A stretch of 16,441 bases of DNA from an uncultured Thermoplasmata archaeon (GCA_964399335.1 CAYNQI010000023.1:1-16441), one strand, 5' to 3'. Positions 8,879 to 16,441 are shown, counted from the stretch's first letter. Notes: generated by a model not told the origin, from the sequence alone. Numbers and translations are program-made.

Positions 8879-9514
8879 TTAGAATCCAAACAACATCAGT
8901 TGACTAAGTCCTAAGTATAAGGCGATCAACAATGCGGAGGATATAACTAAACCCTTCCTTACATGTTCATCCAGATGATCAGCAATCGAACCAAATACAA
9001 GCATGCCCATACCCGCTATAAGAACTCCGACTGAGGTGAGAAGTAAATATAGACCACGTATAATCTCATGGTGTTCTTCTAGACCGATCTCCATAGCATA
9101 AAATGAAAACAAAATATAACCAACCATCATTAAAACAATACCAATAACACCCATCCAAAGGAAACCCATTCCCGTAGGTTCTTTAGCGATCTTTATTCCC
9201 TGGGAGGGGGTATATGAATCTTTACTTCGGTTCTTAGCTCCATTTGGGCGGGAGACTGGTTTTTGCTGTTGAGACTGTGGATTTTGCTGTTGAGACTGCG
9301 CCTGGGCAACACCTTTTTGAGGTTGTTGAGAACTGGTAGATGCTTGTTTTTCACTTTGAGCCTCTCTTGCTTTTTGTATCTCCTCCTGTGAGGCCCATCT
9401 GAAAGTTCTACCACAGTTTACACATCTACCACTACCATCATCATAAAACTCCAAGCTTTCAGAATCACATCTTGAACAAATACCTCCTGTAGGTTTTTCT
9501 ACCATTCGTTTCAC
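8879..9514 (-). CDS. Hypothetical membrane protein: N-terminal Cys4 zinc ribbon, Gln-rich linker, three C-terminal TM helices
   Basis: CSRC-x12-CVNC, QSQQQNPQSQQQKP linker and three hydrophobic segments after residue ~115. Confidence 0.75.
   Translation of the reverse strand: MKRMVEKPTGGICSRCDSESLEFYDDGSGRCVNCGRTFRWASQEEIQKAREAQSEKQASTSSQQPQKGVAQAQSQQQNPQSQQQKPVSRPNGAKNRSKDSYTPSQGIKIAKEPTGMGFLWMGVIGIVLMMVGYILFSFYAMEIGLEEHHEIIRGLYLLLTSVGVLIAGMGMLVFGSIADHLDEHVRKGLVISSALLIALYLGLSQLMLFGF
9261..9298. repeat. Short in-frame direct repeat (TTTTGCTGTTGAGACTG x2, 21-nt period) encoding QSQQQxP
   Basis: Identical 17-mers at 9261-9277 and 9282-9298. Confidence 0.85.
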
Positions 9515-9556
9515 CAGAATCGATATAGATAAAACACTAATTAAAATTTTCGACTT

Positions 9557-10522
9557 TTACCATTTCACATCGACATCGTCAGTCCGATAACCCTGTTTGA
9601 TTCCAGACTCCTTGACATCTATTGACATACCTGCTTCATACATAAGCCATCCATTCCAAGCGATCATAACACCGTTGTCGATACAAAGTTCTCCATCGGG
9701 AACATACAATGATGCCCCTCGTTCTTCAGCCATAACCTTGCCCATCTCCTGAAGTCTCTTATTTCTAGTAACACCCCCACCTAATAGGACTTCCTCTTTT
9801 CTAGTATGAGCCAAAGCTCTTTCAGTAACTTCGATGAGCATTGCAAAAGTTGTTTCTTGTATTGAATAACAAAGGTCGTTAAGTTCAGCTCTAGAATTTA
9901 AGGCAGCTGTCATTATACCTGAAAATGAGAGGTCCATACCTTTAACACTGTATGGTAAATCTATGAGGTTATTACCCTTCTTAGCTTTCGTTTCTATAGT
10001 AGGTCCAGCGGGAAACGACATACCTTTTTCTCTCCCGAATTTATCAAGCATATTACCCAGACCTATATCGAGTGTTTCACCGAATACACGGTATCTACCT
10101 CTAGAGAAAGCGATAACCTGGGTATTTCCACCTGAGGCATATAAAAGTACAGGATCGACTGCTTCGGTCCTGACTTTCCCTATTTCTAAATGAGCTATAC
10201 AATGATTTACACCTACAAGAGGAACATTCAGCCTAAGTGAAAGGCTTCTAGCTGCTGTAGCTGCGGTCCTCAAACACGGACCCAGTCCTGGACCCTGAGA
10301 AAAAGCTACTACATCGATATCCTCTTTAGTGATGTTTGCTTCTTTGAGTGCAGTCGATATAAGAGAACTTACCGTATCTGCATGATGATTTGCAGCTTCT
10401 CTAGGATGAATACCCTCATCTGGGACATATGATGAGGCTACATTCGCCAATATATCTCCTTCATCCGTCACTATACCGATTCCAACTGTATGAGCAGTCC
10501 CCTCGATACCTAATGTGATCAT
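9557..10522 (-). CDS. kae1: tRNA N6-adenosine threonylcarbamoyltransferase Kae1/TsaD (KEOPS subunit), stand-alone
   Basis: GIEGTAH, VNHCIAH (HxxxH metal site), SGGNTQ, GETLDIGLGNMLDKFGR, SFSG and DNGVMIA motifs. Stop after 321 aa with no Bud32 domain. Confidence 0.96.
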   Translation of the reverse strand: MITLGIEGTAHTVGIGIVTDEGDILANVASSYVPDEGIHPREAANHHADTVSSLISTALKEANITKEDIDVVAFSQGPGLGPCLRTAATAARSLSLRLNVPLVGVNHCIAHLEIGKVRTEAVDPVLLYASGGNTQVIAFSRGRYRVFGETLDIGLGNMLDKFGREKGMSFPAGPTIETKAKKGNNLIDLPYSVKGMDLSFSGIMTAALNSRAELNDLCYSIQETTFAMLIEVTERALAHTRKEEVLLGGGVTRNKRLQEMGKVMAEERGASLYVPDGELCIDNGVMIAWNGWLMYEAGMSIDVKESGIKQGYRTDDVDVKW

Positions 10523-10553
10523 ATATAGAAAAAAAGAAAGGTGTTAAAAGTGT

Positions 10554-10694
10554 TTATTTTCCAATTCTGAAAACTTTTGTCCCACAGTCAGGACATTCGC
10601 CCTTGGTTGCTGGACGGCCATTCTTTAATTCAGTTTTCTTTGGATCTTTGATCTCTACCTTTTCCCTACATTTTACACAATATGCTTCTGTCAT
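10554..10694 (-). CDS. Small zinc-ribbon protein, DUF5679-like (46 aa; absent from ORF track)
   Basis: My translation: MTEAYCVKCREKVEIKDPKKTELKNGRPATKGECPDCGTKVFRIGK*. Two CxxC pairs, SD-like AAGTGA upstream and a T-rich tract downstream on the - strand. Confidence 0.85.
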   Translation of the reverse strand: MTEAYCVKCREKVEIKDPKKTELKNGRPATKGECPDCGTKVFRIGK

Positions 10695-10747
10695 GGTTAT
10701 CACTTAGGCACCAAATATGACTAGGTATATTAAAGAATTTCCTAAGA

Positions 10748-10763
10748 GAACTAAGAAGAAAAA
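10748..10763 (-). terminator. Oligo-U terminator of rnpB
   Basis: TTTTTCTTCTTAGTTC on the - strand immediately after the P1 3' strand. Confidence 0.55.
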
Positions 10764-11119
10764 GGGTCAGGTCACCGTAGTAAGCCCCTTTCTGTTTAAA
10801 GACGACATTCAACTATGCGTCCTACCCGCCGGTCCTAGAAGAGTCATCCCAGCTAGTTTGGACTTGCTCCAGAGGGATTGTGGCCGTTTCATCGTTCCCG
10901 CTGAGTCAACGCTCTATGGGTTAACTCGTCTACTTTTCAGCAGATTTCGCGCAAATCACAGCTCGTCAGCGGACGTGTCGTTTCTGCGCCCTTATCGGGG
11001 ATCACTCCCCGATTTGACCTGGACTCTCGCCCCATCATCTTGCGATGATCCTCCTTTCCTAAGGAGAGGGGACTTTCCTCAGTGTCTAACACCGTCAGTC
11101 GTCCACGGTCTCCTGACCC
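10764..11119 (-). ncRNA. rnpB: Archaeal RNase P RNA (type A)
   Basis: Minus strand reads GGGUCAGG...CCUGACCC (P1), GGACGAC/GUCGUCU (P2), GAGGAAAGUCC (CR-I), GCAGAAACG (CR-II), GAUGAAACGG (CR-III), GGAGCAAG and AACAGAAAGGGGCUUA (CR-V). P8 AUCAUC-GCAA-GAUGAU and P9 GGGC-GAGA-GUCC are present. Locally GC-rich. Confidence 0.97.
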
Positions 11120-11140
11120 ACCTGTTAGTTCGATTAGATA

Positions 11141-11156
11141 ATATAAAAGTGTTGCG
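11141..11156 (-). promoter_or_regulatory. TATA box (with BRE-like segment) for rnpB
   Basis: Minus-strand CGCAACAC-TTTTATAT, with the TATA box 22-29 nt upstream of the RNase P RNA 5' end. Confidence 0.65.
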
Positions 11157-11187
11157 CTTTCCTAAATATAAACACTATAGGTAAAAA

Positions 11188-11195
11188 TTTATATT
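11188..11195 (+). promoter_or_regulatory. TATA box for the YoaP-like gene
   Basis: AAAAA-TTTATATT; spacing places the start site near ATG 11218, suggesting a leaderless mRNA. Confidence 0.5.
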
Positions 11196-11217
11196 ATCTG
11201 TGAAAATTACATTTTCG

Positions 11218-12024
11218 ATGCACGAGGAGATTCAAGACATAAGACTTACAGACCAGAATATCCAAGACATCATCTGTTGTCCTGGTGGTAAAGAGCTCGA
11301 AGGTAAATCACTTAAAGGCGATATCAAGAAAACTCTATCGTGGCGGATGGATATGATAGAAGAAGGGATGACTGGGTTTGTTTCTTATAAGGTCGATGAG
11401 CCCCTTGGATTTATAGAATATATCCCGGCTGAGAGTGCACCCTTCCCTGTACATGCTCCAGATGATATTTTTTTGATGTGTTATCACTGGGTAGGAGATG
11501 GCGAACATCTAGAGGAAGAAAGACGACTTATCAGCCTCGTCATCGAGGATGTTATGGATAGATATTCGGGCATATCTGCATTTGCCTGGAACCACTCTAC
11601 ACATTTTCCTGGATCGCTTTTAAAAACTTTCGGGTTCGAAGTTATTGAAGAACTAAAAAATGGTTCGCTGATGTGGTTACCTTTTGAAGAGGACTCTAAA
11701 AAGCCTGAATTGTTAGGTGAAAATTACGAACCAAAAGATCTCTCTCAGGAAGGGAAGCTTGTCATCGAACAGGGATACAGTCACCGGTGTCCATACAGTA
11801 TACATCACCAAAATAGGATAAACGAACTAGTTAAAGATATCGACGATGAGCGTATAATTTATGAATCACACGCTATCGATTCCCATGAAGATTCCTTGAA
11901 ATACACCATCGAACCATTGAGTTGGGAATGGTTGTATATGAACGCCGGAGAAGTGGATCATTTCTTTATGTCCACTGAAGAACTGAGAAAAGAAATCCTT
12001 AACTTTCTTAAAGAATTAGATTGA
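11218..12024 (+). CDS. YoaP-like GNAT-fold protein with C-terminal thioredoxin-like/YoaP domain
   Basis: IICC near the N-terminus, GFIEYIPAESAP and IFLMCYHW (GNAT-like), and HRCPYS (YoaP-type motif). Start is ATG 11218 or GTG 11200. Confidence 0.6.
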   Translation: MHEEIQDIRLTDQNIQDIICCPGGKELEGKSLKGDIKKTLSWRMDMIEEGMTGFVSYKVDEPLGFIEYIPAESAPFPVHAPDDIFLMCYHWVGDGEHLEEERRLISLVIEDVMDRYSGISAFAWNHSTHFPGSLLKTFGFEVIEELKNGSLMWLPFEEDSKKPELLGENYEPKDLSQEGKLVIEQGYSHRCPYSIHHQNRINELVKDIDDERIIYESHAIDSHEDSLKYTIEPLSWEWLYMNAGEVDHFFMSTEELRKEILNFLKELD

Positions 12025-12026
12025 TT

Positions 12027-12716
12027 TCAATCTGATATGGGCTCATCTTCACTTATTATACACCATCTACCATTGTAATTATCATATTCTAAAGTCCCTT
12101 TTACAACGATGACACTCCCTCTGGTTACAGAATAAGACTCAGTAAAATCCCAATCGTTGATCTTGATCATCAAAACACAATCCCTTCCATTGATTGGTTC
12201 CAACTCAACAATTGAATCTCCACCTATAGTTTCTATACTGTAAACTTCTCCTCTTATCTTATGATCCATACCTCTGTGCCATTGAGGGTTATCGAGTAGT
12301 TCAGATACCAGAGTAAAGCTAGAATAAGCAGTAGAGGTTATACGAAAATCACCGACTCTCGAGACTATTAGGTTGATATCTTCCTCATAAATATCTACCC
12401 TACCTCTAACAACCGCCTCTGCACCGGCTCTCACCTCATCAATTTCTTCAATATATGACATCACACTATTATCTACAAAAGTCGTTATTGTAGAGTTCCC
12501 TCGATCTTCTTTTAATTCTATCAAATATCTATCCTCCAAGGTTACGATATTTGAGATGGATCCACTTGTTTCTACATGGGAACCCAACATACTTTCATCG
12601 ATCTCAGTTATTTCTACACTTTCAGCATCTTGGTTAGCAGAGTAAAGATACAAAGAAGCAGTCCCTACCAATGAGATTATAACTGAGATCGTGAGTAGTT
12701 TTTTCTCATCTATCAC
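12027..12716 (-). CDS. Membrane-anchored tandem OB-fold protein
   Basis: N-terminal TM helix (LLTISVIISLVGTASLYLY), then two OB-fold-like repeats (GSHVETSGSI...GAEAVVRGRVDIYEE and KIRGEVYSI...GSVIVVKGTLEYDNY). GTG start 4 nt after the cdc6 stop. Confidence 0.7.
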   Translation of the reverse strand: MIDEKKLLTISVIISLVGTASLYLYSANQDAESVEITEIDESMLGSHVETSGSISNIVTLEDRYLIELKEDRGNSTITTFVDNSVMSYIEEIDEVRAGAEAVVRGRVDIYEEDINLIVSRVGDFRITSTAYSSFTLVSELLDNPQWHRGMDHKIRGEVYSIETIGGDSIVELEPINGRDCVLMIKINDWDFTESYSVTRGSVIVVKGTLEYDNYNGRWCIISEDEPISD

Positions 12717-12720
12717 TATA

Positions 12721-13887
12721 TCAACTCTTTATGATGGTTTCCAACTTAGTTTCAAGTACCTCAGCAGGGATATCTGATACAGTTATTTTTGTAGTACGAC
12801 CGGATCCTATAGAAACGGTTTTAGAGTCTAAAAGACCTTCTTTAGTCAATGATTTGATATACTTCCAAAATTGTGTGTGACCTAAAGGATTTAAACCGTA
12901 TTCTTCAGCTGTGATCTTGTATTGCTCCTCAAGATCTCCAGTAGTGGTGTATGCTGTATTTTTTAACTGCCTCGTAGCTGCTAAAAGGATAACTCTTTCT
13001 TGTTCATTCAGTGATCTTATTCTATTTTCAGTAAAATGTGGGTCTACTTCTGCTTTAGCATGCCTGATCTCCTCGGCATCGATTTCATCTTCACCATTTT
13101 CTTCGGTAAGAAGAGCCGATTTCTCCATCAGTTCTATACCTAACCTAGCATCTCCTCTCTTCGAAGCTATATCAGATAATAGTTTCAATTCTTCATCTCC
13201 GATAGAACCTGGATAAAGTGCTAGCCTTCTACGCTGCTCTAAGATATCATACAATTCTTCAGCATTATATTTTGGGAACTTGATCCGATTACCTCTCTTG
13301 AAAGAACTCAATGCTCCCTCCTCCAAAAACTCCAGAGCATTTTTTTGAGATATTAGTATCAAAGAAATACTTCCCCTGGGGGATAGGTTTTCATCGTCAA
13401 ATCTAGAGAATAAATATATCAGTTCGGAGCCCTCCTTTTTTATTAGAACATCTACTTCATCTAGTATGATCATTAAACGGATACTCTTTTTTTGGATGTG
13501 TTTTTTTAGTATCTCCATCATCTCCCCGACTGAGAAACCCCTATCGGGAAAGCCCTTATCGAAATGGGATATTATTTTCCACATGACCTGACCGTTGTTA
13601 CTGCTTCTTCTGCAGTTAACAAAGATATAATCTACCTTTTTACCTTCCTCCTGTGCATAACCTTTAAAATCCATACAAAATCTCTTTGCAGTGGCTGTTT
13701 TACCTGTCCCTACGCTGCCTTGCAAAAAAGCGTTCTGAGAAATATCTGAATCAACAACGCCCTTAAAAAGGGTGAATAATCTTTGGATCTGTTTATCTCT
13801 ATTAGGAAGCTCCTTCGGAACGTAATCAAAAGAAAGTTTCTTGTGGTCTTTGATAACCTTGGCACTTGTTCTTTTGAAAGCCATCAT
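12721..13887 (-). CDS. cdc6: Orc1/Cdc6 DNA replication initiator
   Basis: YVPKELPNRDKQI, Walker A GSVGTGKT, VNC, Walker B IILDEVD, sensor GDARLGI and a C-terminal winged helix (TTGDL...GLL). Confidence 0.95.
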   Translation of the reverse strand: MMAFKRTSAKVIKDHKKLSFDYVPKELPNRDKQIQRLFTLFKGVVDSDISQNAFLQGSVGTGKTATAKRFCMDFKGYAQEEGKKVDYIFVNCRRSSNNGQVMWKIISHFDKGFPDRGFSVGEMMEILKKHIQKKSIRLMIILDEVDVLIKKEGSELIYLFSRFDDENLSPRGSISLILISQKNALEFLEEGALSSFKRGNRIKFPKYNAEELYDILEQRRRLALYPGSIGDEELKLLSDIASKRGDARLGIELMEKSALLTEENGEDEIDAEEIRHAKAEVDPHFTENRIRSLNEQERVILLAATRQLKNTAYTTTGDLEEQYKITAEEYGLNPLGHTQFWKYIKSLTKEGLLDSKTVSIGSGRTTKITVSDIPAEVLETKLETIIKS

Positions 13888-13908
13888 TATCTTTATCCCA
13901 TTAATATA

Positions 13909-14883
13909 TTATAATTCGGCACCGCAGCTTCGACAAATATCCGCATCTGCATCGTTAACTTCCTCACAGATAGGGCATTTTACTTCTTCTTCAGAATCCT
14001 CTCCAGGTTCGATTAAATCATCATTATCCTCTTCCTCAAATCCCTCATCTGTGAACATATCTTCTTCGTTCTTGATCTCACTGCTAGATTTGGGCAGTAC
14101 TGAATCTGTGATCGTAACTCTACTTCCAGCCTTCAATTTACCTGCATATTCAACACTCCCCTCGACCTTTACACCATCCTGCAATCTAACATCGCCCATA
14201 GCTGAGATGTCATATAGGTGCGAGTTTTTTGCAATTTCTACATCACCGTCACTTTCAATATCTCCTGCAGAGCCACCTTCAGATATGTAGATATTTTTAC
14301 CGGAGACCATACCTCTAATCTTTGAAGACTTACCTATACTGATATCTCCATGTTTAGAACTTATATCCCCCTCGATAGTTGTATTATCGCCTACTTCGAT
14401 CCCATCCTCTGTTTCAATAGATCCATTTATATTAACTGAATCTTCGATCTTCAAATTACTTTTTGATTTGATATCTCCATTTACAACGGTTTTGGAATGG
14501 AGTACCAATTCATCCTCGGACTTTATAGCCGGTTCATCCAAACCTCTTGTTTGATCTAACTCATCCATCAACCTCTGATTTTCTTCATCGAGTTGTTCCA
14601 TTTCTTTTCTGAGCATTTCGTTTTCTTCTTCTATCTCAGCTAGTAACGTTTTTTCTTCATCAGTTAGATGAGAGAGTTCTTCAGTTTCGCCCAATTTATA
14701 CAGTAGTTCCTGTATCCTTTTCTCTTTTTCTTCTATAGTTTCCTTTTTTCTATGAAGGATCTTTCTTTTCTCTTTCTCTAAGGATTTTACTTCTGTTCTT
14801 AACCTCTTGAGTTCAGTCTTTAATTTTTGAACTCTTCTCTTATACTTCTCCATATTCTTTCGAACCTGTTTTTTACTGACCAT
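13909..14883 (-). CDS. Coiled-coil + bactofilin-like (polymer-forming cytoskeletal) beta-helix + acidic linker + C-terminal zinc ribbon protein
   Basis: Heptad-rich N-terminal third. Repeats VVNGDIKS, NINGSIET, TIEGDISS, KIRGMVSG and KVEGSVEY. C-terminal CPIC-x10-CRSC. ATG 14883 follows GAGG; the ORF track starts at TTG 14910. Confidence 0.72.
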   Translation of the reverse strand: MVSKKQVRKNMEKYKRRVQKLKTELKRLRTEVKSLEKEKRKILHRKKETIEEKEKRIQELLYKLGETEELSHLTDEEKTLLAEIEEENEMLRKEMEQLDEENQRLMDELDQTRGLDEPAIKSEDELVLHSKTVVNGDIKSKSNLKIEDSVNINGSIETEDGIEVGDNTTIEGDISSKHGDISIGKSSKIRGMVSGKNIYISEGGSAGDIESDGDVEIAKNSHLYDISAMGDVRLQDGVKVEGSVEYAGKLKAGSRVTITDSVLPKSSSEIKNEEDMFTDEGFEEEDNDDLIEPGEDSEEEVKCPICEEVNDADADICRSCGAEL

Positions 14884-14917
14884 CTTAAATCCTCTTTCAT
14901 TCAAAAACAAACTTAGT

Positions 14918-15568
14918 TTATTTATCGTTTACTATTGTCAAATCCCATCCCATATCTTGGATGTTTTTAGATATGCCCTCTAATCTTTCTACCTCCAAAA
15001 GCGCAAAACAATCACCTTTTTTAGAGATCCGCACCAAATTTTTAGCGATGATCTTTTCACGATACTCTTCGAGTTCTTGATATCCCTTTAATTTATTGAT
15101 GGTTTTATCCCATTCGATGGCAAAATCTCTAGGAGTTTGACAATCAAATCTCTTATTTTTCATTCTTTTCTCCCTCAGCGATTGCATTATCCATTGTGTT
15201 CCAGAGACATGTTCACAATAGGCCATAGTATAGTGTTCCTCATCCATATCAACAGCCATCATCTTAATGTCATTTTCAATACAATATTCTACAAAAGCCA
15301 CATAAGATGGTGGTGGTAGACTTACCTCTCCAAATTCACTCAAATTTTCTGCATACATTCTCTCAGGAGCATTTGGTTCAACAGATACATCTTTGTCCCC
15401 TTCAACTAATGTCATAAGCCCTTTCAGTTCACCTTTAGATACGGCAATGCATCCAACCTCAAAATCATAAAGTTTAACGTGTTCAAGGATCTTTTCAACA
15501 TCTGAGACCAAACCCTTTACCACACCCATAAGATAAACTTTAGTACCATCTTTTTCAAATTTATGCAA
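14918..15568 (-). CDS. Conserved hypothetical protein, possibly divergent TraB/GumN-like fold
   Basis: 216-aa ORF packed between neighbours. KVYLMGVVKG, MAVDM and YREKIIAKNL...ALLEVERLEGI loosely parallel TraB-family motifs, but the canonical His is absent. Confidence 0.55.
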   Translation of the reverse strand: MHKFEKDGTKVYLMGVVKGLVSDVEKILEHVKLYDFEVGCIAVSKGELKGLMTLVEGDKDVSVEPNAPERMYAENLSEFGEVSLPPPSYVAFVEYCIENDIKMMAVDMDEEHYTMAYCEHVSGTQWIMQSLREKRMKNKRFDCQTPRDFAIEWDKTINKLKGYQELEEYREKIIAKNLVRISKKGDCFALLEVERLEGISKNIQDMGWDLTIVNDK

Positions 15569-15569
15569 A

Positions 15570-16441
15570 TCAATTATCCCCCTTCCTTTCTTTAAGAAGT
15601 TCTGTTATATCTTGTTTAGAGCTGATGGTACCTAATTCATCTATATCGATTAGAGGTATACCTTCTATATTGACTCTAGTCACCCTTTTCTTAAGAAATA
15701 TAACAGAGTTCCTTTCTGTTATATGTGCGATATCTGAAACTATTTTAGCTTTCTGTTTGATCTCTGGACTTTCCTCGGACCCTACTCCAGTCAAAAGTAC
15801 ATCTTTTTCATCTTCAGTGATAGCTTCAAAAGGACACTTCCATGTGGGAACTATACGGTAACCTATAGATGTAAGGTATTCGAAGATATCCTTATCGAAC
15901 CTGTTTAAACCTTCTAGTAAATCTATGGAATATTCACATTCCTCAGACCTATCTAAAGGATTTAAGGGGAGGATCAAGTCTTCACCTAAAAATTCTTGAA
16001 GTTTTAAGGCAACATCTAGATCGGCTCCCATACCTTTCTCATATTTTTGAATAGCTTTTCTAGATACCCCTGCAATATCCGCTAACCTACTTAACGAGAT
16101 CTTTCTTTCCTTTCTAGCTTCTTTAATTAGATCTGAATCTATTTTCACATAAAATCCACCTGGTGCTGAGAAAACATAAGGTGGAACTCCTTCTATAAAC
16201 ATATCATAAAGTGTATCTAAAGAGAGTAAGGGAACTCCCTGTCGAGAATAGATAACGCCCCTTTCTAAAGACCTATCACCACCTTTCTCCGCAATGAATA
16301 TCGGTGACCCATCTAGAACATCGCTCAATATTTTGATCTCCTTTGCATTCCGTATCCTAGAACTGTCTGCATTGACAGATACACCAATTATAAGGAGTTC
16401 ATCATCTTTCCGGGCGATTATATCGAAACTGATATTTCTAT
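15570..16441 (-). CDS. COG1395-type archaeal HTH (Cro/C1) transcriptional regulator, 5'-truncated by window edge
   Basis: The frame stays open to the window end: ...RNISFDIIARKDDELLII..., followed by LERGVIYSRQGVP, PYVFSAPGGFYVKID, HTH ISLSRLADIAGVSRKAIQKYEKG and CPFEAI. The TTG at 16328 is internal. Confidence 0.88.
   Translation of the reverse strand, partial: RNISFDIIARKDDELLIIGVSVNADSSRIRNAKEIKILSDVLDGSPIFIAEKGGDRSLERGVIYSRQGVPLLSLDTLYDMFIEGVPPYVFSAPGGFYVKIDSDLIKEARKERKISLSRLADIAGVSRKAIQKYEKGMGADLDVALKLQEFLGEDLILPLNPLDRSEECEYSIDLLEGLNRFDKDIFEYLTSIGYRIVPTWKCPFEAITEDEKDVLLTGVGSEESPEIKQKAKIVSDIAHITERNSVIFLKKRVTRVNIEGIPLIDIDELGTISSKQDITELLKERKGDN

Noticed and set aside
10717-11184. 155-aa plus-strand ORF
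   Set aside because: Antisense shadow of the GC-rich RNase P RNA gene.
3770-15861. Remaining short ORFs opposite longer genes (3770, 4370, 5157, 6313, 6362, 7173, 7479, 8594, 9193, 9963, 12911, 13564, 13841, 15137, 15625)
   Set aside because: Shadow ORFs nested in or overlapping well-supported genes. All but 9193 are antisense; 9193 is an alternative frame on the same strand. The Ser/Ile-rich composition of several is typical of antisense frames.
1-16441. tRNA, rRNA, transposase, integrase or intein
   Set aside because: No cloverleaf or T-loop motif, rRNA signature, transposase/integrase motif or intein insertion was seen on either strand.

Overview
Archaeal chromosomal window, most likely from a Thermoplasmatota lineage. 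This is inferred from the gene content (RPA plus RPA-associated protein, Kae1, Orc1/Cdc6, COG1395 regulator, PGF-CTERM surface protein, archaeal type-A RNase P RNA, TATA/BRE promoters). The markedly D/E-rich proteins hint at a salt-adapted organism. Most of it is housekeeping: GYD protein, M29 aminopeptidase, rpa-rpap, malic enzyme, kae1, rnpB, and a tightly packed five-gene cdc6 cluster. The ORF track misses a 46-aa zinc-ribbon gene (10554-10694), misreads the antisense of rnpB as an ORF, and truncates the last gene, which runs off the window edge. The stand-out feature is at 24-353: a tandem array of six copies of a conserved 30-nt hairpin alternating with variable AT-rich hairpins. It shows a compensatory base-pair change, G.U wobbles and a GNRA loop that all favour a + strand single-stranded structure. 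It is not a normal CRISPR array, and I cannot match it to a known RNA family. Second-tier observations: an extra GNRA-capped helix in the RNase P RNA, and an apparent operon coupling cdc6 to a bactofilin-like beta-helix protein and a membrane-anchored OB-fold protein.
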